Under the pieces are notes generated by a model, which was not told the origin of the DNA, made no database searches, and was given only the letters and a program-made list of their open reading frames with translations. DNA of 64,000 nucleotides. Source: Camelus ferus. Taxonomy: Eukaryota. Both the position numbers and the translations under genes were made by a program. The stretch's first letter is position 1. Every line of letters begins with the position of its first letter. The stretch covers positions 95,296,001-95,360,000 of the forward strand of contig NC_045696.1 in assembly GCF_009834535.1 (NCBI RefSeq), in the 5' to 3' direction. Shown piece by piece: positions 52,411 to 64,000 of the stretch.

Positions 52411-55400
52411 GCTGATGATCTGGTCTTTTGTGGTTCCTGTTTTGTTTTCATTATTTCACAATGAAAGGACCTTTTCCTTTGTGCCATAAACTTAAAAAAA
52501 AAAAACAAAAACAAAAGGCAGAACCTATATCCTTCAATTCTCTTGAAAATTTCAGCCAAAATCTTACAGTGAAGCTTTCTATGCCGTGGGCTTTAAATAA
52601 ATGTTTATGATTATAAATGAAGAATGGCAAGCAATAAAATAAAAATTCTGAGTTTCCCAACCTAGAATGCAGAATCAATCCTGGGAACAAGCCCTTCACT
52701 GCTGAATGGGGTCTTACAGAAAATGCACTGTCGTACTCTCACCATTTGAAAGTTTGGAAGCTGGCCTACAAAATACAGCTTTATTTCCTATACACAAAGA
52801 AAAGCTGGAGGAAAAAGAGCCTCGTGTGCATATCTAAAACTCTTTGTCCCTAAAGTTAAATACAGTGCACCTCTCTCTTATGGATTTTTGTTTTCTGTTA
52901 ACACAAAAGTTGCAGGCTCTGAAATCTGACTGTCAATACTGAGTGCTTTAATCTCCTAACCAGGGAGTTAGTACGAAGGAGCTTCAGATGAATTACACGT
53001 CCCCACCGCTCTCCGAAAGTGCCAACATCTGAAATAAAGCCATCTCTTCTATCTAGTCTAGGATGACTCTACATTTGGGTCATGCTTATTTATCAAATAC
53101 TTAGACAGACAGATAAATATCTTTACTATTGAATGATGTAATTTGAACAAATTATGATTTGATTTTGTCTTTTCTCCAATACACAAAGTATATAAAGAGT
53201 TAATGTGTCTACTGGATGGTTTTAGGCAAATTCCACACTCTGCCCACAAGCAGCCTATTCTTGGCTCCTCCATGCCCACTTTGTTTTGCTCGTACATTAC
53301 TTGTGACTCTTTCCATCACTACACTGGAAACTACTCGAGAACAGGGCATATTTTACTCCCCTCTCTATCCTCTGATAAGTGGATAAAGCATGATAGGTGG
53401 CACTGGGACAGCTACACTCAATAAGTAACTCAGTGCTGCCAAATAAGAGTGCCTTCCTTGGAGGGCAAAAGCAACGGCATACGATTCTTCCACGTTCCTT
53501 CTCTAAACAATATACAATTTTATTTGGTATATGTTTGAAATAGCTCTTTGAAGAGAGGAATTTCTTAGCAAGAGACGAGTCTCCAAGGGAACAAGTCTTC
53601 AATGAATAGTTTACCTTTTTAAAGTCACAAGCGATGCTACCTCACAAGCAAGACAGGGAGCACAGACTGGCATGTGAAAACGACGCAACGTGAGTGCATA
53701 CAATGACCACACGATGATAAACAAATTTAGCATGTGTTCTGGAGCCACCCTATCACTTCTCGGGGAAATTTTTATAGCATCACATTATTGGTGTGAAAGT
53801 ACATTATCTTCAAAACCCTTCCTCTGAGAGGATCCCAAATGGCCAAATGCCATGTTATAACAAGTCACACTACTGCACGCCCTTACCATACCTGCTGAAG
53901 ACAGGAAGGCTGGTGTGTTTTATTTTGCTTAGTTTTTTATAAACCTAAGAAACAAAGATTATAAGCATTTGTCAAACTGAAAGCCATCTGTAATCCAATG
54001 TCAAAGTCAAAGGATGAAAATGTATTTGCTAGCCTTTTAAATCAAATTTAGGTTAGGTTACCCTCTCTGAGTCTCAGTTTCCTCATCTCGATCAAAAGGA
54101 CGGCGGTTCTTGCCACACAAGCCTATTCCCTAATGGTGCAGCACTATGACTAGGGCTTTTCTTTCTTTTTTTTTTTTTTTTTTCCTGAAATGAAGATAAG
54201 CCAGCAATGTCTCACATAGAGAAGATGCTCAAATATGGTAGCTAGTATCACCCTGTTCATACTGTTTCCCTCCTTTTCTGAAAAGAGCGCCCAATCTCCA
54301 GCCTGTCAGGCACCACCTCCTCCACACAGCATGCATGCATTCCACAAAGACTTCCTTCTTTGAATTTCCCTCCTTCATTGAATTTCCTCCTATGGTACTC
54401 AATTGTATGGCGCCAATATTCAGTTGTACAGTAAACTTTTCATGTCCTTCTCCCCAACTCAATTACATGTCACAGAAGAATAGAAACTATGTAATTCTCC
54501 TTTGAAACCTCCTCTCCTGACCTACTACAACCCCTCAACTCTAATAGGTGCTCAAGATATATTTGTTAATTGATTATTTTGCACAACACAAAGGATAAAT
54601 TCATTTTCCTTTGTCGTCTTATTATTAACAGAGGAAAATAACTTTTTAAGTGAAAAGACCTCAGCACTTAGTAAGCTTTAATCCATTACTAAGTAACAAT
54701 AATTTCTTCCTATATTAACTGCTCCCAAAACGGTATCTACTTTTAAAATCCAGTCTTCAAGCTATATTTTTCTAAGAGAGTCATTTCCCACATTCAATTT
54801 TCAGTAAATGTGGTTTCCCCAGAAAGCATTATGCAGAATCCCATTTGAAGTATATATTTTCTCAATAGTCTCAATTATTGTTCTGGACATTTCAAATTAT
54901 TTTTTGGAAAAGTCATGCAATACCTCAGAGAGTCTCTACACCTGGGCTAAAGATGCCCTTGTATCCCCTGTTGTTCACTTCTGCAATGCTCATCAAGTCT
55001 CTTAAAGTCTTCTGGATGGGGTATTTAAGATCACTTGCCTTATCTGACTGCCACTAAGTTCACCATGCAGCTTTCTCTGGAGTGTGCGAGCAATGAAATT
55101 CAAATAATGGCTCAAAGTAATCTGGAGTAAACTTGTCCAGTTAAAATTGGCCCAGTGAATAGGAAGGCAAAGAAGAATTTCCAATTTTAATATTATTTAA
55201 TCTTACTTACTTTAAAATGAACATTTTCTAAGTATTTTTTATGATTCAACAGAACAGATTTTTATCATATCTTTATAGCACAAGGCCAAAACCAGATAAG
55301 GCCAAAAAAAAAAAAAAAAAAAAAAGTCTAATAACAGAAAAAGGCATATTCTAAATGCGGTTTTCACATAATACTAACAGGCATATAAACAAAAGGAGAT

Positions 55401-56969
55401 ATAAAGCATTGTTAACATTATTTTCTCTAGCTCTATATAAACTTTCTATATTTAAAGACATAAACAGTACAAGTTTAAAATTATTTTCTGTGGATATTGA
55501 CCATCTAAATGAATAAATTGGTAAGTAGTTACAAATAGAATCTTTTCTTGAAAACTGTTGATTTTGTGAGATCTTATGTACATTAAATACAGTCACTGCT
55601 CGGACATCCTCTGCTTAAATTATCAGAAGCCATTTACTTTAAAAAGCATCTAAGACCCTTAGGAAGAAAGGCCTATGAGTACTCCTGTAAAGCTTTCTAT
55701 TTGAAATATAACTATCCTTACAACTCCAGGTAAATGTTAACTCAATGCAACTACTTATTTATACATTCTGTTTATAAGACTGTCAGATTATTAAGGATTT
55801 TTATTTCCAGGAAAAAGAATATCATGGTTACACTGATACCTTCCCTAAAATAGCAAGGTCTGAACCGTATAAATGTCAGCCACATTGAGCACATTGCAAA
55901 CTTGTTTTATCATGTATCTATCTGCCACCTGGTTTATCACAGAGGATACTTTACACGGGCGTTCTGCATGAACTTTAACGGGACCAGAGCTGCCTAGCGA
56001 CAATGAGACACTTCCTAGCAAATAACAACATAGCCCTAAAGATGAAATTACGCTTACTTCAGAATTACCAGCTTGGGATAAAAAATTAATGGCATTCTAT
56101 AGTTCATCGGATCCTGTGCTTTAAAAAGACTGACACAGAAATGAACTGTTTTAAGAATTTAACATCCAAGAAAATATATACATATATATATAAAAAAAAG
56201 AATTTAACACGTATCATCTACTTAATGAAGTCATAGTCCCTGATAAAATGTAATCTTAGGTGTTTTTCTCTGAGTGATATTTTAAAATCTAGTTCTTCAA
56301 ACTAAAAGAGCTTACAAGTAGCAATATGATGGACAGGGACAACATTAACAATTTAAGTTTTAAATAAGGAATTTCGGATGAAAAGTTTTAAAAATTCTTA
56401 CCGTATTTTTAAAATCATTTTTAAACCGCCCAACACCTTTAACATCCACATCTAATGAGTTGCTACATCCTGTGGACCCCAAGCCTGTCACTTTTTCCCC
56501 AGCACACGTGTCCTTTTCATTCCCCAGTCATTGCCCTCATCTGGTCTCTCTTCTCTACCCCATCAGCTCTACTTCATCCTACAAATGTCCTATTCTTCCC
56601 CTAAAAAAAGTCACTAAAACACAACTCCTGTATGGTTACTTGCCTAATGAATGTCTCCTTATGTTTCCATTGTGTATCAAACTTCCTACCTGTTCCTCAG
56701 TGCTCTCCAAAGTGGAGCTCCGATCTCCCTTTCCCACCCGATGCCTCCTTTCTTCTACCCTATTAACTGCCTCCCTTGAGGCCCGTTCTCTCTATCCTCT
56801 TACTTTCTAGCCATTCTTCTAGAGTCTCCTCAAATGCTGCAGAAAGTGTTACTCCTCTGGATTATTCCAAATAATGGCCTCAATCTCCTATCCGTTTATG
56901 GCCTCAATCTCCTATCGGTACCCAAAACGAGTATTTGTTAAATCCTGTTTATTCTTTTACATACAAGCA

Positions 56970-57185
56970 TGGGCTGTAGAACTGGTCCACCTTGGGTCAC
57001 CTCCTTGCTATGCCACTTACTAGTTAGGAAACCACAGGCAACCTCCGTCTCCCCATCTGTGAAACCAAGATGTTACCAGTACCTATCTCACAGGGCTGTT
57101 CTAAGGAATACATGGATTAATTCATAAATCTTATCCTAGCACACAGAAAGTAGTCCAAGATGTTAGTAATCATTGTTAATGTTTA
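56970..57185 (+). mobile_element. MIR SINE
   Basis: ctatgccacttactagt..ccccatctgtgaaa..agtacctatctcacagggctgtt. Confidence 0.8.
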
Positions 57186-60100
57186 TCCTCATCACTATGC
57201 TTTGTATATGTTTGCAAGCAAGACAAAAAATTGGTTAAAAATATGGACACTGGAATAAATAAAGGAAAAAAACAAGTCTCACAGGTCTGCAAATGACAAA
57301 AAGTGCTTTCTACTCATGCTTCTTAATCTTTAAGATAAAAGTCAGAAGGCAGATTTTACAAGCTGTCAGATTAAATGAGATATTTTGGAAAGAAATGTAC
57401 AGCAAGTGGCAACTTCTATTATTAACTATTATTTACATGTTCATAATTTCACAGGTGTCAAAATTACACAACGGGAAGAGTAAATGGTTTTCCCAGCCCA
57501 TAAACCTAGTCAGATCTGGTTTGGTAAATTAAAATCTATACATTATGAGACTTGTCTGTGCCCCAACCCCCCAAAGTTTACTACTCCTTTCAAGATATAG
57601 AGAAAATGCAGTAAATATATAAAGATACAATAATTTTTAAATGATAATAACAACAATGATATTATTACTTCTTATATTTACAAGGTGTTCTACTTTTCAA
57701 AACATGTTATCACCCAGTGAGGTCTGTTTTTATAGTTTGCCTGCACTGCAACAAACGCTGGACTTTCAAAACAAATTTAGATATAGTGTTTATAGAAACT
57801 GATGTATCATTTCATAGCCAGGACTTTTGAAAGCTAATCATTAGTACACAGAAATATCACTGAGGGAGTTCCCTAGTTGAAGAATACCGACTTGGAAGTT
57901 CACTTAATGGCTCAGAGCTTTTCCCACCAACTTCCCCCCACAGCAGGCCATCTGCCCTCCTACTCTTTATCTAACGATCACCTAACCCGACTATCACCAC
58001 CCCACCCCAGACCATCCCTCTACTAGGATAAGAGCTATCTATCTAAATAGAGTGCTAAAAGATCATCGTAGAGGTAATTCTTTTCTTGTGATCAGATAAG
58101 ACAAAAACAAATAAAATATTCACCTATCATTATTACCATCATCAACAATGCTGACAAATGGATTGCTGGAATAAGCTGGGAACAGTCTGGTCTGTAAGGT
58201 CTAAAACTAAGTCAAGTTCAACAAATGTCTTTAATGATGTTCTAAATATGAATAGGAACTGCTTAATGCCTTAGTTGGCATTCTTGTTATTTCACCTGCT
58301 AATGATGTGTCTTAACTATTAAACTGTAAAGTCTTTCACTGTTTATAGTTCCTCACACTCCTACTGCATGTACTATTGTTAATTAGGCTTTTTAGAATTT
58401 TCTGGAAGAGTCTATCCAGTCATAATCATTATAGAAAACAGTTAGTGGGCAGGGATTTTGAGTACAGTGAGTATACACAATGTAACCACATCTCCCACAG
58501 ACTATGTACTTAAAAGATTTATGAATTATTTTTGAAAACCCCAAAAATTGTATTCACAATTGTGACATTTCTACCAGTGTCCAAAATCATCAGCTATATC
58601 TTCTGTTTTAATTTAACTTTTCTTTTATCCAGCGTCACATCAAACTGGATACTCTGGCTATCTCTGATTAAAATCTCCTTCCTAATACATATTTCTCTCA
58701 TTGTTGTTCTCTCATTATACATTTCCTTTCCCAAAATGAAATCACTGGTTTTTTCATATATTATTTTTACTGCTTAACCTTAATATATAGATTTTTCAGC
58801 CAACAACCTTGTAATTATCCGTTTACTTTTAACCTAGCTTTCTCTTGAACAATTTTTCTACATCCACTGGTCACCTTAGTTACCCACTTCGGTTTTCTGA
58901 TACATTTGTAACTATTTGGTGGCTTCAAAAGTTGACCTCTGAACACTATTCAACAGTAAACAGATGATAAAGCTATCAATATTTGAGTATAGGACATTTG
59001 GAAATTATGTATTTCTATCAGCAAAATGAACTAGATAAATAAACTAGAACATGTATGAATATCCTGTGTCTGGATGTTAAATATCAACATTATGAAAAAC
59101 ACAGAACTATCACTGAATAGATATAATTAATGCTGCTTTAACAGGATAATATTTTTGTAATGTTGAAAAATAAAGAATACCTTTTGTTTCCCATTATTTA
59201 TGCATTAGAACTGTTCCCTTTATTACATATATTGATCAAAGCTACATTAAGACTTATCTTTCCTTATCCAAACTTCCATACCACGGTATCTAACAATTGC
59301 TTATGAAATATTCTTTTGCTACTTTACAGTTACTTCAAAACCTAACTTCCCACACCAGACTGCCACCTCTTTGAGGACAAGGTGCATCTTGATTAAGTTT
59401 GGTAGAGGTCACTGAGCTTAGTTTGCTATTTTTGCCACAATATGTATTTTCCTATAAATCAACTTTAAAAAATTAAGTAATACCTCAAGTCAGCATGGAG
59501 TGTTTATTTCATACGATTAAACATGTTCCCATGATCCTAGGATTTTGTTAGTTTTTTTAAATAAATTCATTCTTAGTTAATAGCTCCCAAACTGCTTTTA
59601 AAAATGAAAATACAGAGAAAATCCAGTGTTAAATATACATTTTTTTAAAGAATCTTTTGGAGGAAGAAATATCTTCATTTTGTGACCTGAGCCAAAGAGG
59701 GACTGGAATGAAGCTGTCATATACATGGACATCAACCTTTGGATTATATAGTATTTACCATAATTCTTTTTAATAATATTATGCTATTTAATAAACAGAT
59801 GATTTTAATCAGTTGACATTGTCTTGGGAAAAGTCACATCTTCATACATATACTCACATACAAATTGTATCTACACTTGATGGAAGTATGTATGTTATTA
59901 ACTATTATTCACTTCTTTGGGTATGTAACATAAAACTCTCAATTTTGTAAAACAATGTAAAAAAGATGAAAGTTTGTCTTTTGGAGCAAAGACACTTCTT
60001 GAAGCATGATACTTCAGAAACATCACCATTTTAAAATAACTGATCTCAATGGAAAACTAATTCTCTACTCTATCTAATATGGCTACATTTCATCTTGAGA

Positions 60101-61623
60101 TTAATATATCTTGAACTGTTTAAACAAAGGGTAATCACAGAAACCTAGAGTAAGTTCTCAAAATTAGTGGGGAAAGTGCCAAATATAGAAATGCCCAAGA
60201 CTCTGACATAAATCCATCAAAGATTTTTCATTTTTATGGACATCATAGGCACATGTGGTAAGATGCCTCTGGGAAATATGAATCGTTATCTGAAAGAGAT
60301 GTAACGGAATCATTAAAAGACTAATAGTAATAAGTAGAAAACTACAACCTTATATTTGCTAAGTGTTTTTTCAAGGATATAGCTGTAATGCTTATATAAA
60401 TTATTTCTTATACTACGAAAAACACTACATAGGCACCAAGTTCCCTACCTCAACTCTACAACTACAAAATATGTCTAAAGACTTTTAGTGCCATGTCAAT
60501 AGCTCTTCCTGAATCCTCTGCTTTGCAATCAATACTTCTCCAACCATTAGTGAGTCTGCTCCATGACTCATCAGAAACAATATATGAAGTTAATGGGGAT
60601 CACTGTTCCCCGTGGGCTCCACACATGCACTGACACTAATGGCCCTGATGCCTCACGTAGTGGGAGGGAGATTCAAGATGGCACCAAGCCGGGAGGCAAC
60701 TCTTCTGAGGTTCTCCATAAAATCTGCTCCCTCCCCCCTACCAAAGAAGAGCCCATTGCATCCATCTTGTCTTATATCTTTGGCATCCTTCAAGGCAATA
60801 AAAGCAAGCATACTTTATATGGATAGAAAAGAACCGCATTTTTTTTGCTTAACACTCACTGTGCATGGCAAAATGTACTTTGGTTATGAAAATATCTGAA
60901 AGGAATGTTTCCAGGACCTATGCCATTGTGCTTTGTTTACCAGTCAGATGCTTTCTCAAGAATGTGTTCAAACTATAAAGACAATGTCTCCGTGCGTAGG
61001 AATTCTTCAAAGCCCATGACGTTACTGCAGAAACGTATTTTTACCTTTCCTAACATTCAAAACAATGCCTTATTCCCTACAGGTGAAAATCTTTCTTTCT
61101 CGTGAATTCATTCATCTTTGATTTACAGAGTCAGGAGTTTGTCTGGATTTATTTGGTGTCCTTATTTTCTAAGGAAGGAAAGTCATAGCAAAGGAAAATA
61201 TATATTAAGCATTTGAAGATAATTGCTATTTACTGAAAACTCTATTTTAAAATAAATTTTAAGTGACTCGTTTATTTGGTAACTTCAGGACAATGATAAC
61301 TATAGTGTCTCTAAAAAGTTCCTAAGTAGCAATCATACTCTATTCTGGCCTTTGAGAGGTGTTAAGACTCATCCCCTAATTATAAGCCTTTTCTCTGTTA
61401 TTACTACCTCACCATTAAATCTCTAAACTAAATAGCAGTTTTGAGGAAATAAAAATAGATGTTAGGTGGTGTGTTTTCTCAAATTTCGGTTACAATGGAT
61501 AAGAAAGACTAGGTATTTCTACATATAATAAACTTCTTTAGCTTGTTAAAATAAAAGTCCATTTTATTTTGCAAACTCTTCATAGTTTCTCCCAGAATAT
61601 TGCTTTCTTACTTTATTCTAAAA

Positions 61624-61940
61624 CAGCCGTGTCCAAAAGAAAGGCAATGAAAGCCACACTTGTTAAGTTTTCTAGTAACAGTATTTAAAAAAAAAGGAAA
61701 AAGAAACAGGTGAAATTAATCTAACAATATATTCTACTGACACCAATATATCCAAAATATTATTGCAACATACAATTAATATTTTTTAAAAAGTATCTGA
61801 TGCTTTATATTCTTTCCTTTGTACAAAGTGATCAAAAGCCTGGATGTATTTTTCACTTAGCGCAAACCTCAGTCCGGACAACCACATTTCAAGTCCTCAA
61901 CAGCCACATGTGACTAGTGGCTACTGTACTGGAAAGCACA
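61624..61940. mobile_element. MER33 non-autonomous DNA transposon (hAT-Charlie)
   Basis: About 320 bp. Internal aaagaaacaggtgaaattaat, ccaatatatccaaaatattatt and ccacatttcaagt..caacagccacatgtgactagtggctac. Degenerate TIRs (gtgtcca / tggaaagcac). Confidence 0.85.
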
Positions 61941-63599
61941 TTCTAGATTCCAAAAATATGAAGCTGTTTGGCCTAAATGGCCACATACTTTAAAAATCTT
62001 CCTATAGAGCAGCCCACTATGATTAGTACTGCCGTTAAGACTTTAAACTGAGCCAAGCATTTAAGGGACTATATTTCACTTCCTTCATCTGCTCCACTGA
62101 CTTCACGTCTACTGCCCACCTTGATGCCTTGAGTGTAAGAAACCCCAATCACCTATTCTTTTCAGCTTCTTCTAAGCAAGATCTGAGATGTTCTCTAATC
62201 TCTGCATCTTCTATCACTAAGCAGAAAGCCAGAAGGTGCAGCAAGACTATTCTCTATTTCCATAAATAGGTATGTCAACTACAGGCCTAATATATGGAGA
62301 CAATGATAAATGCAAGGGCAATTTTTTTGCTTAAAGTAAAGATAGGAAATTTTACATAACAAAGTCACACACCCTTCCTCAATGAGAAATAACGATATTA
62401 CTCGTCCCCTTCCCCCCAGGAGAAACCCTGGGATAGTCTGTTTTTGGTCTGGAATAGAACCCAGTGTTTCATTTCATAGGAATTCTGTGCCCAGAGGAAG
62501 AACAGAATGTTGGAATCAGAACTTAATGAATTCAACTTGGAGTCTAAGTTTGCCCCAAATGTGGAAATGTAAACACAAGCAGTAATATCTCAAACCATAA
62601 AACATTTTGGATTCTGGGCTGGCATAGCTGCATGGAGTGCCACACTTGCTGTGTATCTGCACACAAATTTGTTCTTAGTTACATGAGGGGAAAAAAATTA
62701 AACTAGGCACATGTGAGGTTTTCTGACTCTCTTAGTAATAATAAAACCTGATTATCACATCTTAAGTGACACTGTAATTATCGATGGATGATGAACTGGT
62801 TTTCTGGTGCTGACCCAATCTGTTCCCTAAAACACAAAAGGCAACTCTTGTCGTCCTCGGTGAGGAAACCCCCTCATTCAACAAATAAAACTAAAAGCCA
62901 TGTCTACCTTTGGAAAGAAGGCCTAACAACACACTAGTAATACAAAAAAAAAATTCACCCCTGTTGTGCAAATACACAACACTGATGAAAATCAGAACTC
63001 GGTAGGCTTCCTAAAATACAGTTTTGAGCTGTAGTTGTCACCAACTTAAAGAAAGCAAAGATGCAAGTGACAACTATTTGCTTTCTCAGGCTACAAAATA
63101 ACTAGTCAGCGTCTCTAGCTATCATACTATACTCAAGACATTCTGTAAGTATTGAACTAAGTATTCCTGGGGTGAATTTTACAGTCCTTGAACTTTCATT
63201 TTAGCTTGTCTCAGTGATAATACTTTATCTCAACAGCAAGACAGGGAGAAACACCAACGCTCTCAGGAACCCACGGAGATAACATGGAGTGGATCACTTA
63301 AACGCTGGTATAGAATCGTTATGTACTAAATACCCTCTGCGTATAAACAGACACTGTGTTCAAATCCAGGAGGGAGGAACACCGTGTCCACTGGTGTAGT
63401 ATTTCAAAGCACATTGCAGAGGGCCTGCAAATCCAAAGGCATTAATTATGACTTCTCTCTCAGTGTATTAATTTGTTTAAGAAATTCCTCAGAGTGTGGC
63501 AGAGTTTACCATCCATTTGCTGTCGGCTTTGTGCCTGGGCGGGTGGGCACACAAAGTAAAGACAGTGGCATAACCTTCCTGGCAGCTTCTCACTCAGTC

Positions 63600-64000
63600 T
63601 GAATCCTAGGGAAGCACTCTGCGCGGAAATACACCACAGAGCCCGAGCAGCCGCCTACTCTCCCGGGCCAGGAGAGATTTAAGAGCACAATTACTCTTCC
63701 GGCTACAACACTCTGGTTGTAAAGTGCTCTGAGAGGGGCAAGGATAAGCTCCCCCATATACCTGCTCGTGTTACAGGCTCTGGAATCAAAGTATTCTCAC
63801 ATGACACATTACTACCAATAACAGATTCCGGCTCCGTTTAAAAAAAAGAAAAGGAAAGGAAAGGGGGGGCGGGGGGGGGGGGACGCGCTACATATTTGTC
63901 CTGCTTTTGTCTAAAAAAACCAGAATCAAAGTCCTAACTACTTTTCATTCTTTTCGACCCCTCAAGAAAGCAATTCAATCAACTAACTGCGGCTCCACCC
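63600..64000. promoter_or_regulatory. CpG-enriched edge with G7-C-G12 tract; probable shore of an upstream MBNL1 CpG-island promoter beyond the window
   Basis: About 14 CpG in 400 bp against a depleted background. G tract at 63863-63882. Confidence 0.5.

Noticed and set aside
60612..60899. ORF containing MAPSR, reminiscent of the RPL13 N-terminus (processed pseudogene?)
   Set aside because: Similarity ends after five residues, with no further homology or poly(A) tail.
1..64000. Prokaryotic, viral or CRISPR-type novel system
   Set aside because: The sequence is a mammalian intron-exon locus with no operon-like ORFs, repeat-spacer arrays or intact retroelement ORFs.

Overview
AT-rich mammalian genomic DNA lying inside the MBNL1 (muscleblind-like 1) gene, which is transcribed on the minus strand. 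The only protein-coding sequence I can support is the first coding exon: exon 35212->34218 (995 nt), ATG at 34391, 58 codons covering CCCH zinc finger 1 and the start of finger 2. It is flanked by at least 34 kb of downstream intron and about 29 kb of upstream intron that becomes CpG-richer at the right edge. The introns hold old repeats (MIR, L2, L1M 3' ends, MER33, MER63, an MLT1-like LTR), microsatellites and one young tRNA-Ala-derived SINE of the type I associate with camelids. Other ORFs in the track look like noise. There are no prokaryotic-type systems. The most interesting structure is clustered around the single exon: nine YGCY (MBNL-binding) motifs at its 5' end, four uORFs, a predicted 66-aa product if the exon circularises, a stop codon overlapping AATAAA about 40 nt into the next intron, and a proximal CCAAT promoter with a mini-intron filled by (UG)24/(AG)17. 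Repeat names and boundaries were judged by eye from remembered consensus sequences and are approximate.
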